From Spirochaetia bacterium (GTDB lineage: Bacteria > Spirochaetota > Spirochaetia > UBA9216), in NCBI GenBank assembly GCA_965140585.1, contig OZ223269.1:1088001-1152000 (forward strand): DNA of 64,000 bases, written 5' to 3'. The notes beneath the pieces were generated by a model. The model ran no database searches. It was not told the origin of the DNA and saw nothing but the letters and a program-made list of their open reading frames with translations. The position numbers were made by a program, and so were the translations under genes. Below are positions 47,546 to 57,741 of the stretch, piece by piece (position 1 is the stretch's first letter; each line of letters begins with the position of its first letter).

Positions 47546-48496
47546 TTGAAACATCAGCTAAGTATTTTCATTTCATTGATATTATTGATATTTATTACAT
47601 CTTTACAATCGGTTTCAGCTTCAGGCAACGATGAAACTGAGAACTTCCAGTCTGAGATTATCATCCCTGCAAGCTCCGATGTCGAGAATCTGATAACAGA
47701 AGCGAAAACGCCGTATAATAAACTGGCCGAATACGGAAGTCAGATAGATCCGGTACTTGAACAGATTTATTATAACGCCGAGTTTCAATACAGCGAAGGG
47801 AATGTTGAAGGGTCTGCGGAGATCTATCTATACATTATCTGGAAGGCTGCAGAGTTAAAAGAAACGCTTACAAGAGAACAGCTGTACATAATTTTAAAAC
47901 AACGGGCATACAGGCTGGTTGAAATGAGTCATCCATCAGAAGCTCTTGCTATCTGGGATTACGGATTTTTAATATGGGACGGGGGAAACTATAAAAAGGA
48001 TCTGCCGAAGGGCCTTAAAATCGAGGAATCTGAATCAGAGAAACTTGCAAAAAATTATCTTGCAGACTGTTATGCAGAGAAGGCAATCTGTCTTACATCA
48101 GTCAAAGATTTTCAATCTTCCTGGGAACTTATGGTTAAATCTGCAGAAATATTCAAACAAACCGAAAACTGGGAAAGTTCCGTATACTTTCTGATGAACT
48201 TTATAGTAAATGCTTTCAATCTAAAAGAATATCAGGCTGTGATAGATGCCAACCCCTATATATCAAATTTTATGCTGCTTGTACCTGCAGGACAGTTGTC
48301 CATCAACGATACTCTTACACTCGGCAGGGTTACGGCCGTAGCTCTTATGAATACTGAACATCCTGTTGATGCATATCAGTATATTTCAATGAATCTTACG
48401 ATTGCAGATAATGCAGGTTATGAGGATAATTATACTGAGTTCGACAGGGCTCTTAAGGCTAAGCTTGCTGAAATCCTGACTCAGGCAGGAGATTAG
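47546..48496 (+). CDS. Exported helical-repeat (TPR-like) protein
   Basis: TTG start with GGAG SD, signal peptide, amphipathic helical repeats (LADCYAEKAICL…). Confidence 0.65.
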   Translation: MKHQLSIFISLILLIFITSLQSVSASGNDETENFQSEIIIPASSDVENLITEAKTPYNKLAEYGSQIDPVLEQIYYNAEFQYSEGNVEGSAEIYLYIIWKAAELKETLTREQLYIILKQRAYRLVEMSHPSEALAIWDYGFLIWDGGNYKKDLPKGLKIEESESEKLAKNYLADCYAEKAICLTSVKDFQSSWELMVKSAEIFKQTENWESSVYFLMNFIVNAFNLKEYQAVIDANPYISNFMLLVPAGQLSINDTLTLGRVTAVALMNTEHPVDAYQYISMNLTIADNAGYEDNYTEFDRALKAKLAEILTQAGD

Positions 48497-48520
48497 CCGG
48501 CGGCCGAATAAGGCGTTTTA

Positions 48521-49981
48521 ATGAGTTTTTTCAGATACCGCTGCAGAAGGGAATTACTTTCTGCAGCATTTTTAATTTTAATTTCCGGGGTTTCTTCAGT
48601 CTGGAGCAGTGATGCTTTTCCGCGTATTACAGCATCCCCGGAGGCATACGGATACTCCGCTGATACTGATGTTACAGACTGGCAGTCACTTTATAAGCTT
48701 GCATTCTGGGTTTCCGGAGCAAATTACAGTACCGATCAGTTGAGTAGTTTCAGGAAAGATCTTACAGAACTGGGCAAAACCGTTGAAAGTATGGACGACT
48801 ATCGGAAAGGCGAAGCCGTTCTTGAATTCATGCATGACAACTATCTTTCCACCTACAGAGAAAAACAGACAAGGCTGGATACACTCTTTTCAACCGGCCG
48901 ATTTAACTGTGTTTCTTCTGCAGTTTTGTATGCCATTCTTGCCACTTCAGTCAATCTTCAAGTCCAGGGAATTTCCACCCCCGATCATGCCTTCTGCTCA
49001 GTTATAACACCGGATGGCACGATTGATGTGGAAACTACAGCGGCACTCGGCTTTGATCCCGGAACAAAAACAGAATTTCATGATTCCTTCGGTGCAATTA
49101 CCGGCTATGCATATGTACCGCCCAGAAATTACAGAAGCAGGAATGAAATCGATTTGATGTATCTCTTCTCTCTGGTTATTTCAAACAGAATAGTGGAGCT
49201 GGAAGCTCAGGGGCGCTTTGCCGAGGCCGTGCCGCTGGCAGTGGATCGCTGGGCACTTCTTGGTACTCCTGAAGAAGGGGAGATATTTGATTTTCTTATT
49301 GATCGTATTTCAAACTACGGCGCTCAGCTGGCTAAATCGGGCAGGGAGGAGGAAGTTCTAAACTGGACAGAATTAGCAGCCGCCACCTTCGGTACTCATA
49401 GAAAGCTTGAAAACTTAACCAACTCAGCGGCTAATAATTATATTGTCAGACTAATCAGGCAGGGGAATATCCCTGAGGCAAGAAACAATCTTAACCGTCT
49501 TTCAGCCCTGATGGACGAGAAAACCTCCGCAACTCTCGAACTTGCTGTTTCAGATGCTGAACTGTTTACAGCGCTCGAAACCGTTAAGTCCGGGGGTGAC
49601 GAGAGAACTTTTGACAAAGCTGTTGAAGCGGCGGAATCTGCAGGTGTATTAAGCAGCCGTAGAATTCGTGAAATAGCAGATGCCTGGTACACAGCCAAAC
49701 TTGAACGGACAGCATCTGTTTCAGGATGGGAAGCGGCCCTTACCGAAACAGAAGAAATCATCCTTGAAAAAGGGAGCAGTTCAAGACTGGAACAGGTAAA
49801 GAATGTTTATCTTAACAATACAGTGGCAGAAATATACAACAGAGCAGCAGATGCATACAACAGGCAGAATTTTGAAACCTCGCTTGAAATAGTAAACAAT
49901 GCCTTATTAAGATTCCCCGAAGACAGAAGACTTCTTTCACTTAAAAAAAACATAGAAAATATCATAAAGAATAACCGGTAA
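48521..49981 (+). CDS. Exported transglutaminase-like (Cys-His-Asp) protein with TPR-like tail
   Basis: GRFNCVSSAVLY, PDHAF, IDVETT triad spacing; helical C-terminus. Confidence 0.7.
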   Translation: MSFFRYRCRRELLSAAFLILISGVSSVWSSDAFPRITASPEAYGYSADTDVTDWQSLYKLAFWVSGANYSTDQLSSFRKDLTELGKTVESMDDYRKGEAVLEFMHDNYLSTYREKQTRLDTLFSTGRFNCVSSAVLYAILATSVNLQVQGISTPDHAFCSVITPDGTIDVETTAALGFDPGTKTEFHDSFGAITGYAYVPPRNYRSRNEIDLMYLFSLVISNRIVELEAQGRFAEAVPLAVDRWALLGTPEEGEIFDFLIDRISNYGAQLAKSGREEEVLNWTELAAATFGTHRKLENLTNSAANNYIVRLIRQGNIPEARNNLNRLSALMDEKTSATLELAVSDAELFTALETVKSGGDERTFDKAVEAAESAGVLSSRRIREIADAWYTAKLERTASVSGWEAALTETEEIILEKGSSSRLEQVKNVYLNNTVAEIYNRAADAYNRQNFETSLEIVNNALLRFPEDRRLLSLKKNIENIIKNNR

Positions 49982-51189
49982 TGTTCAGACTTGACGGATT
50001 AGGCAAACTGCAAAAAGTAAAATGGATTCATCTTAAGCCCGGAATGATAATAATATCGTGGGTATCGATAAATGATAATCCAATCCCCGAACTTCTGCAT
50101 TTTCCTGTATTAACATCAGATCTTATAAGGACTCTGCAGACAAAATATCAGTTTCTCAAAGATAGAGACGTCCTTGCGGCAGAAGCTCTATGGAACTTCC
50201 ATCCCGAAAATCTTGCAGCTGAGCTGAATAAGGCAGAAGAAAACAGAACTGTATTCAACAGGCTTAGAGAGGATTTTGCTGCAGGAAAGAAACTGCTGCT
50301 GAGCGGGCATGAATCAAAGGGCGATTATTCCATACCTCTGCTGAACTCAGAATTCATAGAACAGGATTTTCTTTTGAAGGACAGTTATAATTCTTTTTCC
50401 TATATGTACGCACTTGATTCTGATTTGGAATCGGTGCCGTCCTATCTTTCTGATATCGATCTTAGCCTTTCTTTTGCCGATTTATTTACCGACAGGCTGC
50501 AAAGCAAATTCAATATACCTGAGGATAATGATGTCCTTCTGCATATAGTGATTGATTTTTCAAAAAGTATGGATTCATGCGGTAAACTCGGAATTGTGCT
50601 TGATACTGTTGCCTACTTTACTGACTTCTATTCTAAAATGGCGCCTGATACGAAATTCAAATATTACGCTTTCAGCGATGAATGCCGTCCGGTAGATTTT
50701 CCGGTTCAGGCTGCAGGCATTACAAGGGGTAATACATCATATTCAGCATTTATGAAAAAAGTGCTCCGTTTCAGAGAACCTGATATCCACAATAAAATCA
50801 TTCTTTTCACTGACGGATTACCCACGGACCTGAATGATGCCCTTCATACTGCGGCATTTATTAAAAAAAACAGAATTGATTACACACAGCTGATTTTCGA
50901 TATACGTGATGAACAGCGCAATGAAATAAAGTTCAAAGACGGGAAGGGTTCAGCTGTTGATAATGTAGTTGATGAGCTTACTGACGATATGATTCAGATC
51001 ATGCTTACTGATGATGAGCTGGATAATAAAATGAAGCAGGTTTTCAGCGATTTTACTGGTATAGCTTCAGCCTGCGGTGGAAATCAGATAATCTTGAGAA
51101 TAAACAGCCTTCTTAAAATAGTTACCGTGGAATGCTATGACCGCTACCTCGGTCTGCTTAGCCTGTCAGAATCCAAAGATATCACTTGA
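49981..51189 (+). CDS. vWA-domain protein
   Basis: VIDFSKSM (DxSxS MIDAS), GNT, ILFTDGLP. Confidence 0.75.
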   Translation: MFRLDGLGKLQKVKWIHLKPGMIIISWVSINDNPIPELLHFPVLTSDLIRTLQTKYQFLKDRDVLAAEALWNFHPENLAAELNKAEENRTVFNRLREDFAAGKKLLLSGHESKGDYSIPLLNSEFIEQDFLLKDSYNSFSYMYALDSDLESVPSYLSDIDLSLSFADLFTDRLQSKFNIPEDNDVLLHIVIDFSKSMDSCGKLGIVLDTVAYFTDFYSKMAPDTKFKYYAFSDECRPVDFPVQAAGITRGNTSYSAFMKKVLRFREPDIHNKIILFTDGLPTDLNDALHTAAFIKKNRIDYTQLIFDIRDEQRNEIKFKDGKGSAVDNVVDELTDDMIQIMLTDDELDNKMKQVFSDFTGIASACGGNQIILRINSLLKIVTVECYDRYLGLLSLSESKDIT

Positions 51190-51295
51190 AATAAAAGGCT
51201 TCTGCAGTCCTGAAAACCACAGAAGTCTCTGTGCTGTTAACAATCACTTTGTGCAAAATCAACCGGATTTTACCCAAAGCTCACTTACAACAATA

Positions 51296-53536
51296 TCATC
51301 CGCAGCGGCTGTAACCGCAGTTAAAGCAGGTAATACACCCGTCGGCAAAAGTCAGCCTGCTGGTGCATTCCGGACACTCACCGTCTGAAGTGATAACCTC
51401 TTCGCCGTCCTGAATATATTTCTTAAGAACTCTTGCTACACTTCTTTCAAAATCAGTGAAGTTTGTATCCTTCTGCAGCTGATTTATTACAAACTGCAGC
51501 GGAGTTCCATGCCTGAGAGCCATTGAGATAAATCTTGCAAGAGAACTGTTAGGAGAATCAAACTGCCTTGTAAAATCCTGCAGTTTAACTTCTTCACCGC
51601 CGTTCACGTAAATAAGATCAAATCTCCCGTCAGGTTCTTTACGGACAATAGTCTTATAATCTGTCTCCACATCTATCCTTGATTCAGGATCATCAATTAC
51701 AAAAAGCTCGTAAAGACTGTTTTTCATCTTTCCGGCGATGACAATGATACTTTCACGTCCTGCGCGGACTCTGTGGATATCACATTGCAAATCCTTCGGT
51801 CTTTTAGGGGCATGATGGGAATGAATAGGTTCTTCCTTGTCCATATTCTGATATTCAAGTATTCCCTTCATGCTGCCTTCAGGATTGAAGGTTGTAAATC
51901 CCTTAAGACCCCGATCATAGGCATACATGAAAAGTTCCTTGTAGCTCTCGAAACTGGTGCCTGAAGGCAGATTAAGAGTCTTCGAGATACTGTGGTCGAT
52001 ATACTTCTGAAAAGCCGCCTGTACCTCTATAGATTCATAGGGGTCGATATCCATTGTGGTTACGAAATATTCAGGAACATCAGTTTTACCGGTAATCTCC
52101 CTGTACATATTATACGCATAGTCTGATACTTCTTCGGTAGTTGTTTCATCATCATGACCTGTCCTGATGGTTCTGTTATAGCTGAGGGCAAATATCGGCT
52201 CTATACCGGAAGAACAGTTCTGTCCGACTGAAAGTGATGTCGTTCCTGTAGGAGCAATTGTATTCATCTGAACATTCCTGATTCCGTTTTTCCTGATAAG
52301 CTCCTTAACCTGTGCTGGAAGCTGCTTAACAAATTCTGCTGCAAGATATTTTTCTGTATCAAATGATGGAAATGCGCCCTTTTCGCCTGCAAGCTCCGCA
52401 CTTGCAGCATATGATTCGTTTCTCAGAGTCATTCCGATTTCTTCAACAAGTTCCCGTGATTCAGGTGAACCATATTTTATTCCCAGCATGGTAAACATAT
52501 CGCCAAGCCCTGTAATGCCCAGTCCGATACGTCGCCACTTCTTTGAAAACGTTTCGATCTTTTCAAGAGGATAAGCGGTAAGTTCAAGAATATTATCAAG
52601 AAACCTTACACCGATTTTTACAGTTTCAGCAAACCGTTTAAAGCTGAACTTTGCATTCTCTGTAAATGGGTTTTCAACAAAATGCAGCAGATTAACTGCA
52701 GAAAGGCAGCATAGCGAGTAGGGCGGCATAACCAGTTCGCCGCAGGGGTTAACCCTGTCCATCTTAAAAGCCCAGTAGCCGTTGTTATATCTTTCAACAG
52801 TGTCTGTATAAAAGATACCTGGTTCATTGTGGGTATAGGCATTTCTGGCCAGCAGATCATAAAGCTCCCTTGCGCGTACCGTTTTATAAACCTCACCGTC
52901 GAATACAAGGTTCCAGTCTGTATCCTCTTTTACAGCAGTGATGAAATCATCACTTACCTTTACAGATATATTGAACTGTGTGAGTTCCTTGTTCTGATCG
53001 CCCTTCTTAACAGTAATAAACTCTTCTATTTCAGGATGAGAAATATCCAGAAGTGCAATATGAGCAGAACGTCTCTGACCGCCGGTCACAATAGTCTTGG
53101 CCGACTGATCGAATATGCGCAGAAAAGAAATAACACCTGAAGACTGACTTCCGCCGGTAATCGGCGCACCCTTCGGTCTCAGTTTTGAAATATCAAAACC
53201 GACACCGCCTCCCATCTTGCTTATCATGGCATCTTCTTTCAGTGAGTCGTAGATCCCTTCCATTGAGTCTTCAATATCTATCGTAAAGCAGTTATTATAG
53301 TTTTTCATGGGACTGTCCGGTCTTGCATTTGCAAGAATACGTCCCGCCGGCATAAGTCTGCCGTTTATCAGTTCATCGTAAAATTTCGATTTCCACTGAT
53401 CTCTGTCTGCCTCTACTGAGGAGACCTCTTCTGATATGCCTTTAAAGACTTCTTCTGCAGTATTTTCGCCGTGAAGACAGTATTTTGCCTTGAAAATTTC
53501 TTCACTTATCGGCTGCTGCCATTTCCAGTCTGACAT
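51296..53536 (-). CDS. nrdJ: Adenosylcobalamin-dependent (class II) ribonucleotide reductase
   Basis: PAGRIL, NCF, GGGVGFD.S.LRP, NPCGE, CCL..VNL, RRIGLG..G, IAPTGT, SSGIEP; C-terminal CPEC…CITC..CGYSRC; no beta-subunit gene adjacent. Confidence 0.88.
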   Translation of the reverse strand: MSDWKWQQPISEEIFKAKYCLHGENTAEEVFKGISEEVSSVEADRDQWKSKFYDELINGRLMPAGRILANARPDSPMKNYNNCFTIDIEDSMEGIYDSLKEDAMISKMGGGVGFDISKLRPKGAPITGGSQSSGVISFLRIFDQSAKTIVTGGQRRSAHIALLDISHPEIEEFITVKKGDQNKELTQFNISVKVSDDFITAVKEDTDWNLVFDGEVYKTVRARELYDLLARNAYTHNEPGIFYTDTVERYNNGYWAFKMDRVNPCGELVMPPYSLCCLSAVNLLHFVENPFTENAKFSFKRFAETVKIGVRFLDNILELTAYPLEKIETFSKKWRRIGLGITGLGDMFTMLGIKYGSPESRELVEEIGMTLRNESYAASAELAGEKGAFPSFDTEKYLAAEFVKQLPAQVKELIRKNGIRNVQMNTIAPTGTTSLSVGQNCSSGIEPIFALSYNRTIRTGHDDETTTEEVSDYAYNMYREITGKTDVPEYFVTTMDIDPYESIEVQAAFQKYIDHSISKTLNLPSGTSFESYKELFMYAYDRGLKGFTTFNPEGSMKGILEYQNMDKEEPIHSHHAPKRPKDLQCDIHRVRAGRESIIVIAGKMKNSLYELFVIDDPESRIDVETDYKTIVRKEPDGRFDLIYVNGGEEVKLQDFTRQFDSPNSSLARFISMALRHGTPLQFVINQLQKDTNFTDFERSVARVLKKYIQDGEEVITSDGECPECTSRLTFADGCITCFNCGYSRCG

Positions 53537-53548
53537 TTAGTCCCTCCC

Positions 53549-53564
53549 ACGCTATATATAGCGC
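53549..53564. promoter_or_regulatory. NrdR box upstream of nrdJ (weaker second box at ~53591-53606)
   Basis: ACGCTATATATAGCGC matches the NrdR consensus acaCwAtATaTwGtgt and contains the palindrome CGCTATATATAGCG. Confidence 0.75.
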
Positions 53565-53683
53565 CTTTTTTAAAAATAACTTAGTGTCGAACACTATATA
53601 CTCTATCGGCTGTTAAGGGAAGACATGTATATAAATTTTCTTATATTTTTTTCTTACAAAACAGGTAATATATTATTATTCAG

Positions 53684-54679
53684 CTATTTTATCAGGTTTC
53701 CCGTAAATAAGCCGGTAAAACCGGTACCATAAAAACCGCCGCCGTTTCCGTCTGTGAAATCACGCGGTGAATTTTCTGTAATTGTGGTTAATATAATATC
53801 AGCAATACCGGTGTTAAAGACCCCGCCGGTTTCACTTAAAGAAGTATTCCGTGATATGAGTGATTCTTTTAGTACCATATTACCCTTGCTGAATATTCCG
53901 CCCCCGTTAATCCTGGCAGTATTATCAGTGAAACGGCACTTTTCGATAACTGCGGCGGAATCACAGGAAATAAAAAGTCCTCCGCCTTTACGGTTGGTTG
54001 AATTTCCTGAAACTATACAGTCAGACATGTAAAGAAATCCGCCCGGTTCGTTTTTTATTCCGCCACCGCTGCCGGTGCAGCCAATACCGCTGGAGAGTTC
54101 AGCCGGCAGCCTCTTTAAGCCCTTATTGTCCGATATTGTACAGGAACTGAGGTGAGCTGTACCACGGTTGTCGATTCCCGCACCGTACAGTGCTATATTG
54201 CCGTGAATTAAGCAGTTTTCGGCAGTCAGTCTTCCCAGATTAAGAATTCCGCCCCCTCTCCTAAGTATTTCCCGGGCATAGCCGTTACGGATACTTAAAT
54301 CCCTGATAACAAGAACTCCGCTATCTGTTACTGTGAAAATCCTGTCCGGACTCAGCATCATCTCAGAGGCTCCCTGAATTACAGTCTTCTCCGGGCTCTG
54401 CCCAATTAGTACGGCTCTGCGGTCAACTGATATCCCGCTCTCAGTATATATTTCATCAGAAAGGATAAAATAGATAATTTTGAGTTCTGCAAGTTCCAGA
54501 GCCTCGGTGATTGTTCTGTAATCAGAGCCGATGCTGCTCCCGACGCGTACCGAATTAAGCTCTGTGATATCACTGTTTCCGGTCCTGAAAGACAGGCCGG
54601 TGCAGGCCTGCATAAAAAAAAGCAGCACTGTCACGGGTATAAAAAGAATAATATAGGATAAAGGCTTAGACCTCATCAT
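53684..54679 (-). CDS. Lipoprotein with right-handed beta-helix (GGGI/xxN repeats)
   Basis: FMQAC lipobox; repeated GGGI(L/K/F)N and N.A..GGG. Confidence 0.75.
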   Translation of the reverse strand: MMRSKPLSYIILFIPVTVLLFFMQACTGLSFRTGNSDITELNSVRVGSSIGSDYRTITEALELAELKIIYFILSDEIYTESGISVDRRAVLIGQSPEKTVIQGASEMMLSPDRIFTVTDSGVLVIRDLSIRNGYAREILRRGGGILNLGRLTAENCLIHGNIALYGAGIDNRGTAHLSSCTISDNKGLKRLPAELSSGIGCTGSGGGIKNEPGGFLYMSDCIVSGNSTNRKGGGLFISCDSAAVIEKCRFTDNTARINGGGIFSKGNMVLKESLISRNTSLSETGGVFNTGIADIILTTITENSPRDFTDGNGGGFYGTGFTGLFTGNLIK

Positions 54680-55232
54680 ATCTGAAACATTCTGTCAGGT
54701 GATCATTAACCATTCCGGCCGACTGCATAAAAGCATAACAGATTGTACTGCCTATAAACTTGAATCCCTGTTTTTTAAGCGCACCGCTCATTGCATCTGA
54801 CTCAGAACTGGTAGCCGGAACTTCAGAAATATCTTCAAAACGGTTTTTAATTGTTTTCCCACCGGTAAACTGCCAGATATAGCTGTCGAAACTGCCGAAC
54901 TCATGCTGAATACGCAGAAAGTTCCTTGCATTTGTTACAGTTGAATTGATCTTAAGTCGATTACGGATAATACCCGGATTCTGCAGCAGGCTTTCTACTT
55001 TTTCATCGGTGTATGCTGCAATTTTTTCAATATCAAAATCATCAAAGGCTTCTCTGTAAGTTTCGCGTTTCCGCAGCACTGTTATCCAGCTTAGGCCAGC
55101 CTGAGCACCTTCTAGTATAAGCAGTTCAAACAGTTTTCGATCATCATGTACAGGAACTCCCCATTCCGTATCGTGGTATTGGCAGTAAAGTTCATCATCA
55201 CCGCACCATGGACATCTTTTTTTCTTCATCAT
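54666..55232 (-). CDS. tag: DNA-3-methyladenine glycosylase I
   Basis: RCPW, YHDTEWG, LEGAQAGLSW, IIRNRLKI, GFKFIG, GMVNDHL..C. Confidence 0.96.
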   Translation of the reverse strand: MMKKKRCPWCGDDELYCQYHDTEWGVPVHDDRKLFELLILEGAQAGLSWITVLRKRETYREAFDDFDIEKIAAYTDEKVESLLQNPGIIRNRLKINSTVTNARNFLRIQHEFGSFDSYIWQFTGGKTIKNRFEDISEVPATSSESDAMSGALKKQGFKFIGSTICYAFMQSAGMVNDHLTECFRYDEV

Positions 55233-55249
55233 ACAATAATAACACTGAA

Positions 55250-56476
55250 ATGAAAGAATATGAATTTATTATAACAGGCGCAGGTCCTGCAGGTTTGTTT
55301 GCAGGGATTCTCGCTGCACAGGCAGGTGTTAAAACACTTATTTTAGAGGGTGAAAAAAGTCCCGGAAAAAAACTTTTGATAAGCGGTGAGGGTAAATGCA
55401 ACCTTACGAACTCTGCACCGGTTCAGGAATTTTTTAGCAGATACGGGCAGAAAAATAATTTTGTTAAAAATGCCTTGATGCATTTCGACAACCGGGCACT
55501 CATCAATTTTTTTACAGAACACAATACTCCGCTGTACTCAAGAGATGACGGGAAGGTTTTTCCTGTCAGTGAACGAAGCAGAGACATACTTGAAACACTT
55601 CTTAAAGCATGCAGCACAGCCGGAGCAGAAATTGAAACAAACCGGAGAGTAACCGGAATAGAATATTCTGATAAGCATTTCATCGTGAAAACTGATACTG
55701 ATATTTTCAGAAGCAGTAATATTCTGCTCGCCGCAGGCGGTTTTACCTATCCCTCAACCGGTTCAAGAGGAGACGGCTATCTTCTTAGCAGCGGACTGGG
55801 GCATAAAGTCATAGCCCCCAGGGCTTCACTTGCCGCAGTAAAGATTTCAGATTACAGCATTGCAGAAATTGCAGGGATTGCCTGTGATACTGAAATAAGC
55901 CTCTTTAGAGAAGATAGAAAAGCAGGCAGCTACATCGGAAGAATGCTTTTCACTCATACCGGCGTCTCCGGCCCTGTAATTATTGACAACAGCCGTGATT
56001 TTCTTCCCGGGGATATACTCAGTGTTAACTTTCTGCCTGAAAACAGCAGGGAAGAGATTTCTGGACACATTGAATCTCTTATAAAAGAAAACGGAAAAAA
56101 GCTTTTAAAAAATACTTTACCTGCTGTCGGATTACCGGAGAGCCTGGTCTCAATTTTCTTAAAATCAGCCGGGATCGCCTCAAATAAAAAGAGTGCGGAA
56201 GTCTCGGCAAAAGAGAGAAAGCAGGTGATAAACTGTATTATGTCGTTTGAGATGAAGATCGAGCGGCTTATAAAAAAAACAGCAATGTGCACTGCAGGCG
56301 GAGTTTCTACAAATGAAATTGACCGCCGGACAATGGAATCAAGAATAGTGCCCGGGCTGTATTTTGCCGGTGAAATTATTGATGTTGACGGCGACAGCGG
56401 AGGCTACAACATTCAGTTTGCATTTTCATCCGCAGCGCTCGCAGTATCATCCCTGTTGACAAAACGGCTGCCGTAG
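55250..56476 (+). CDS. HI0933/YhiN-family flavoprotein oxidoreductase
   Basis: GAGPAG, GKKLLISGEGKCNLTN, GKVFP, GG.TYP.TGS.GDGY, FTH.G.SGP, TAGGV, GE..DVDG..GGYNIQ. Confidence 0.92.
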   Translation: MKEYEFIITGAGPAGLFAGILAAQAGVKTLILEGEKSPGKKLLISGEGKCNLTNSAPVQEFFSRYGQKNNFVKNALMHFDNRALINFFTEHNTPLYSRDDGKVFPVSERSRDILETLLKACSTAGAEIETNRRVTGIEYSDKHFIVKTDTDIFRSSNILLAAGGFTYPSTGSRGDGYLLSSGLGHKVIAPRASLAAVKISDYSIAEIAGIACDTEISLFREDRKAGSYIGRMLFTHTGVSGPVIIDNSRDFLPGDILSVNFLPENSREEISGHIESLIKENGKKLLKNTLPAVGLPESLVSIFLKSAGIASNKKSAEVSAKERKQVINCIMSFEMKIERLIKKTAMCTAGGVSTNEIDRRTMESRIVPGLYFAGEIIDVDGDSGGYNIQFAFSSAALAVSSLLTKRLP

Positions 56477-57633
56477 ACCACCGCCAAGTAGTAGGCAAGA
56501 GTAAGGCCTGATGTTAGAAGCGCCATGAGCAGAAAAATTGTCTGAAATGAAAAACTTTCTGCAATATATCCGAGTAACGGAAATAATATTATCATGAGAA
56601 AACTGAAATACATACTCTGTACTGATAAAATGGTTGCACGCAGTTGAGAGGGAATAAGCCTGTTGATATAATTGGAAACGGCCACTATCAGTATGCCCTC
56701 AATCAGCCCGGTTAAAACAAAGAAATATTCCTTGTAATCCGTCAGAAAGACTCCCCACATGATAAACACCAGCAGAAGCGGGAGGTAGCGCATGACGTTT
56801 TTCTCTCCAATCCTCGCTTCTATCCTTCCTCCGTAAAAGGCTGAAACTGCAGCAAAAACCGCAGAGATTGAATAGAAAGTACCTATATAAAATTCGGTTC
56901 GTCCGGAAATCTTTAAAAAATTCTGAAGATAAAAAAATAGGCTTGTTGAGAATACAAATATAGTCTCGGTGAATACAATCAGGTAAATAATTTTAGGTCT
57001 GCTTTTAAGAATAACGGCACTGTCCCGGAGAACTTTAAACATGCTGCCGTGTTCCTGCTCTTTATGCTCCGTAATTTCCGGTTCTCTGAAACCCAGGCCT
57101 GTAATTAATGCAGCCAGACTGAAAAGAGCGCTTAAATAGAAAACATAAATGTAGCCCGGACCGGTGGCAAGAAATCCGCCGACAAAAAAAGAAATAATTG
57201 TAGCAAGCTGATAGAAAAGTTCTATTCTGCCAGCAGTATGAATGTACTTCGATTCATTCCCGTCGAGCTTCATTGAATCATATACGAAGGCCTCACCGGC
57301 TCCCGATTCAAGGTTATAGCTAAAGGCCGTAAGCATAAAACCGACCGCCTGCAAAATAAATGTTCCGGCGTAATACATGATAAACAGGCTGATAATAAAA
57401 AGAAAGCGGCCTGAAATTCGGCAGTATTTTCTTCCGAAGATATCGGCAATAGCACCCGAGGGAACTTCAAAAATCAGGGAACTGATATGAAAAATACTTT
57501 CAAGCAGAGCTATTTCTGTAAGGCTGAATCCGCGCAAAGCAAGAAAAATCATCCAGAGCCCGTGTGTAAAATTTATATTTGAGAAAAATGTAAAAAGAAA
57601 ATTTTTACCGATGTTTGAAGAATACGCTTTCAT
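56413..57633 (-). CDS. MFS transporter
   Basis: FEVPSGAIADIFGRK, SGAGEAFVYDS, PSQLRATILS; ~12 TM helices. Confidence 0.9.
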   Translation of the reverse strand: MKAYSSNIGKNFLFTFFSNINFTHGLWMIFLALRGFSLTEIALLESIFHISSLIFEVPSGAIADIFGRKYCRISGRFLFIISLFIMYYAGTFILQAVGFMLTAFSYNLESGAGEAFVYDSMKLDGNESKYIHTAGRIELFYQLATIISFFVGGFLATGPGYIYVFYLSALFSLAALITGLGFREPEITEHKEQEHGSMFKVLRDSAVILKSRPKIIYLIVFTETIFVFSTSLFFYLQNFLKISGRTEFYIGTFYSISAVFAAVSAFYGGRIEARIGEKNVMRYLPLLLVFIMWGVFLTDYKEYFFVLTGLIEGILIVAVSNYINRLIPSQLRATILSVQSMYFSFLMIILFPLLGYIAESFSFQTIFLLMALLTSGLTLAYYLAVVYGSRFVNRDDTASAADENAN

Positions 57634-57741
57634 AATAGACCGAATTATAACAGCAGATTCACAATTTATCTATGATTTATGTTTACTGCGGCTTTCCGCG
57701 GTATTATCCTTTATTTATAAATAAATTATAGGAGTTAATTT

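Noticed and set aside
53537-53683. Cobalamin riboswitch upstream of nrdJ
   Set aside because: No recognisable B12-box or conserved core; the leader is short and AT-rich
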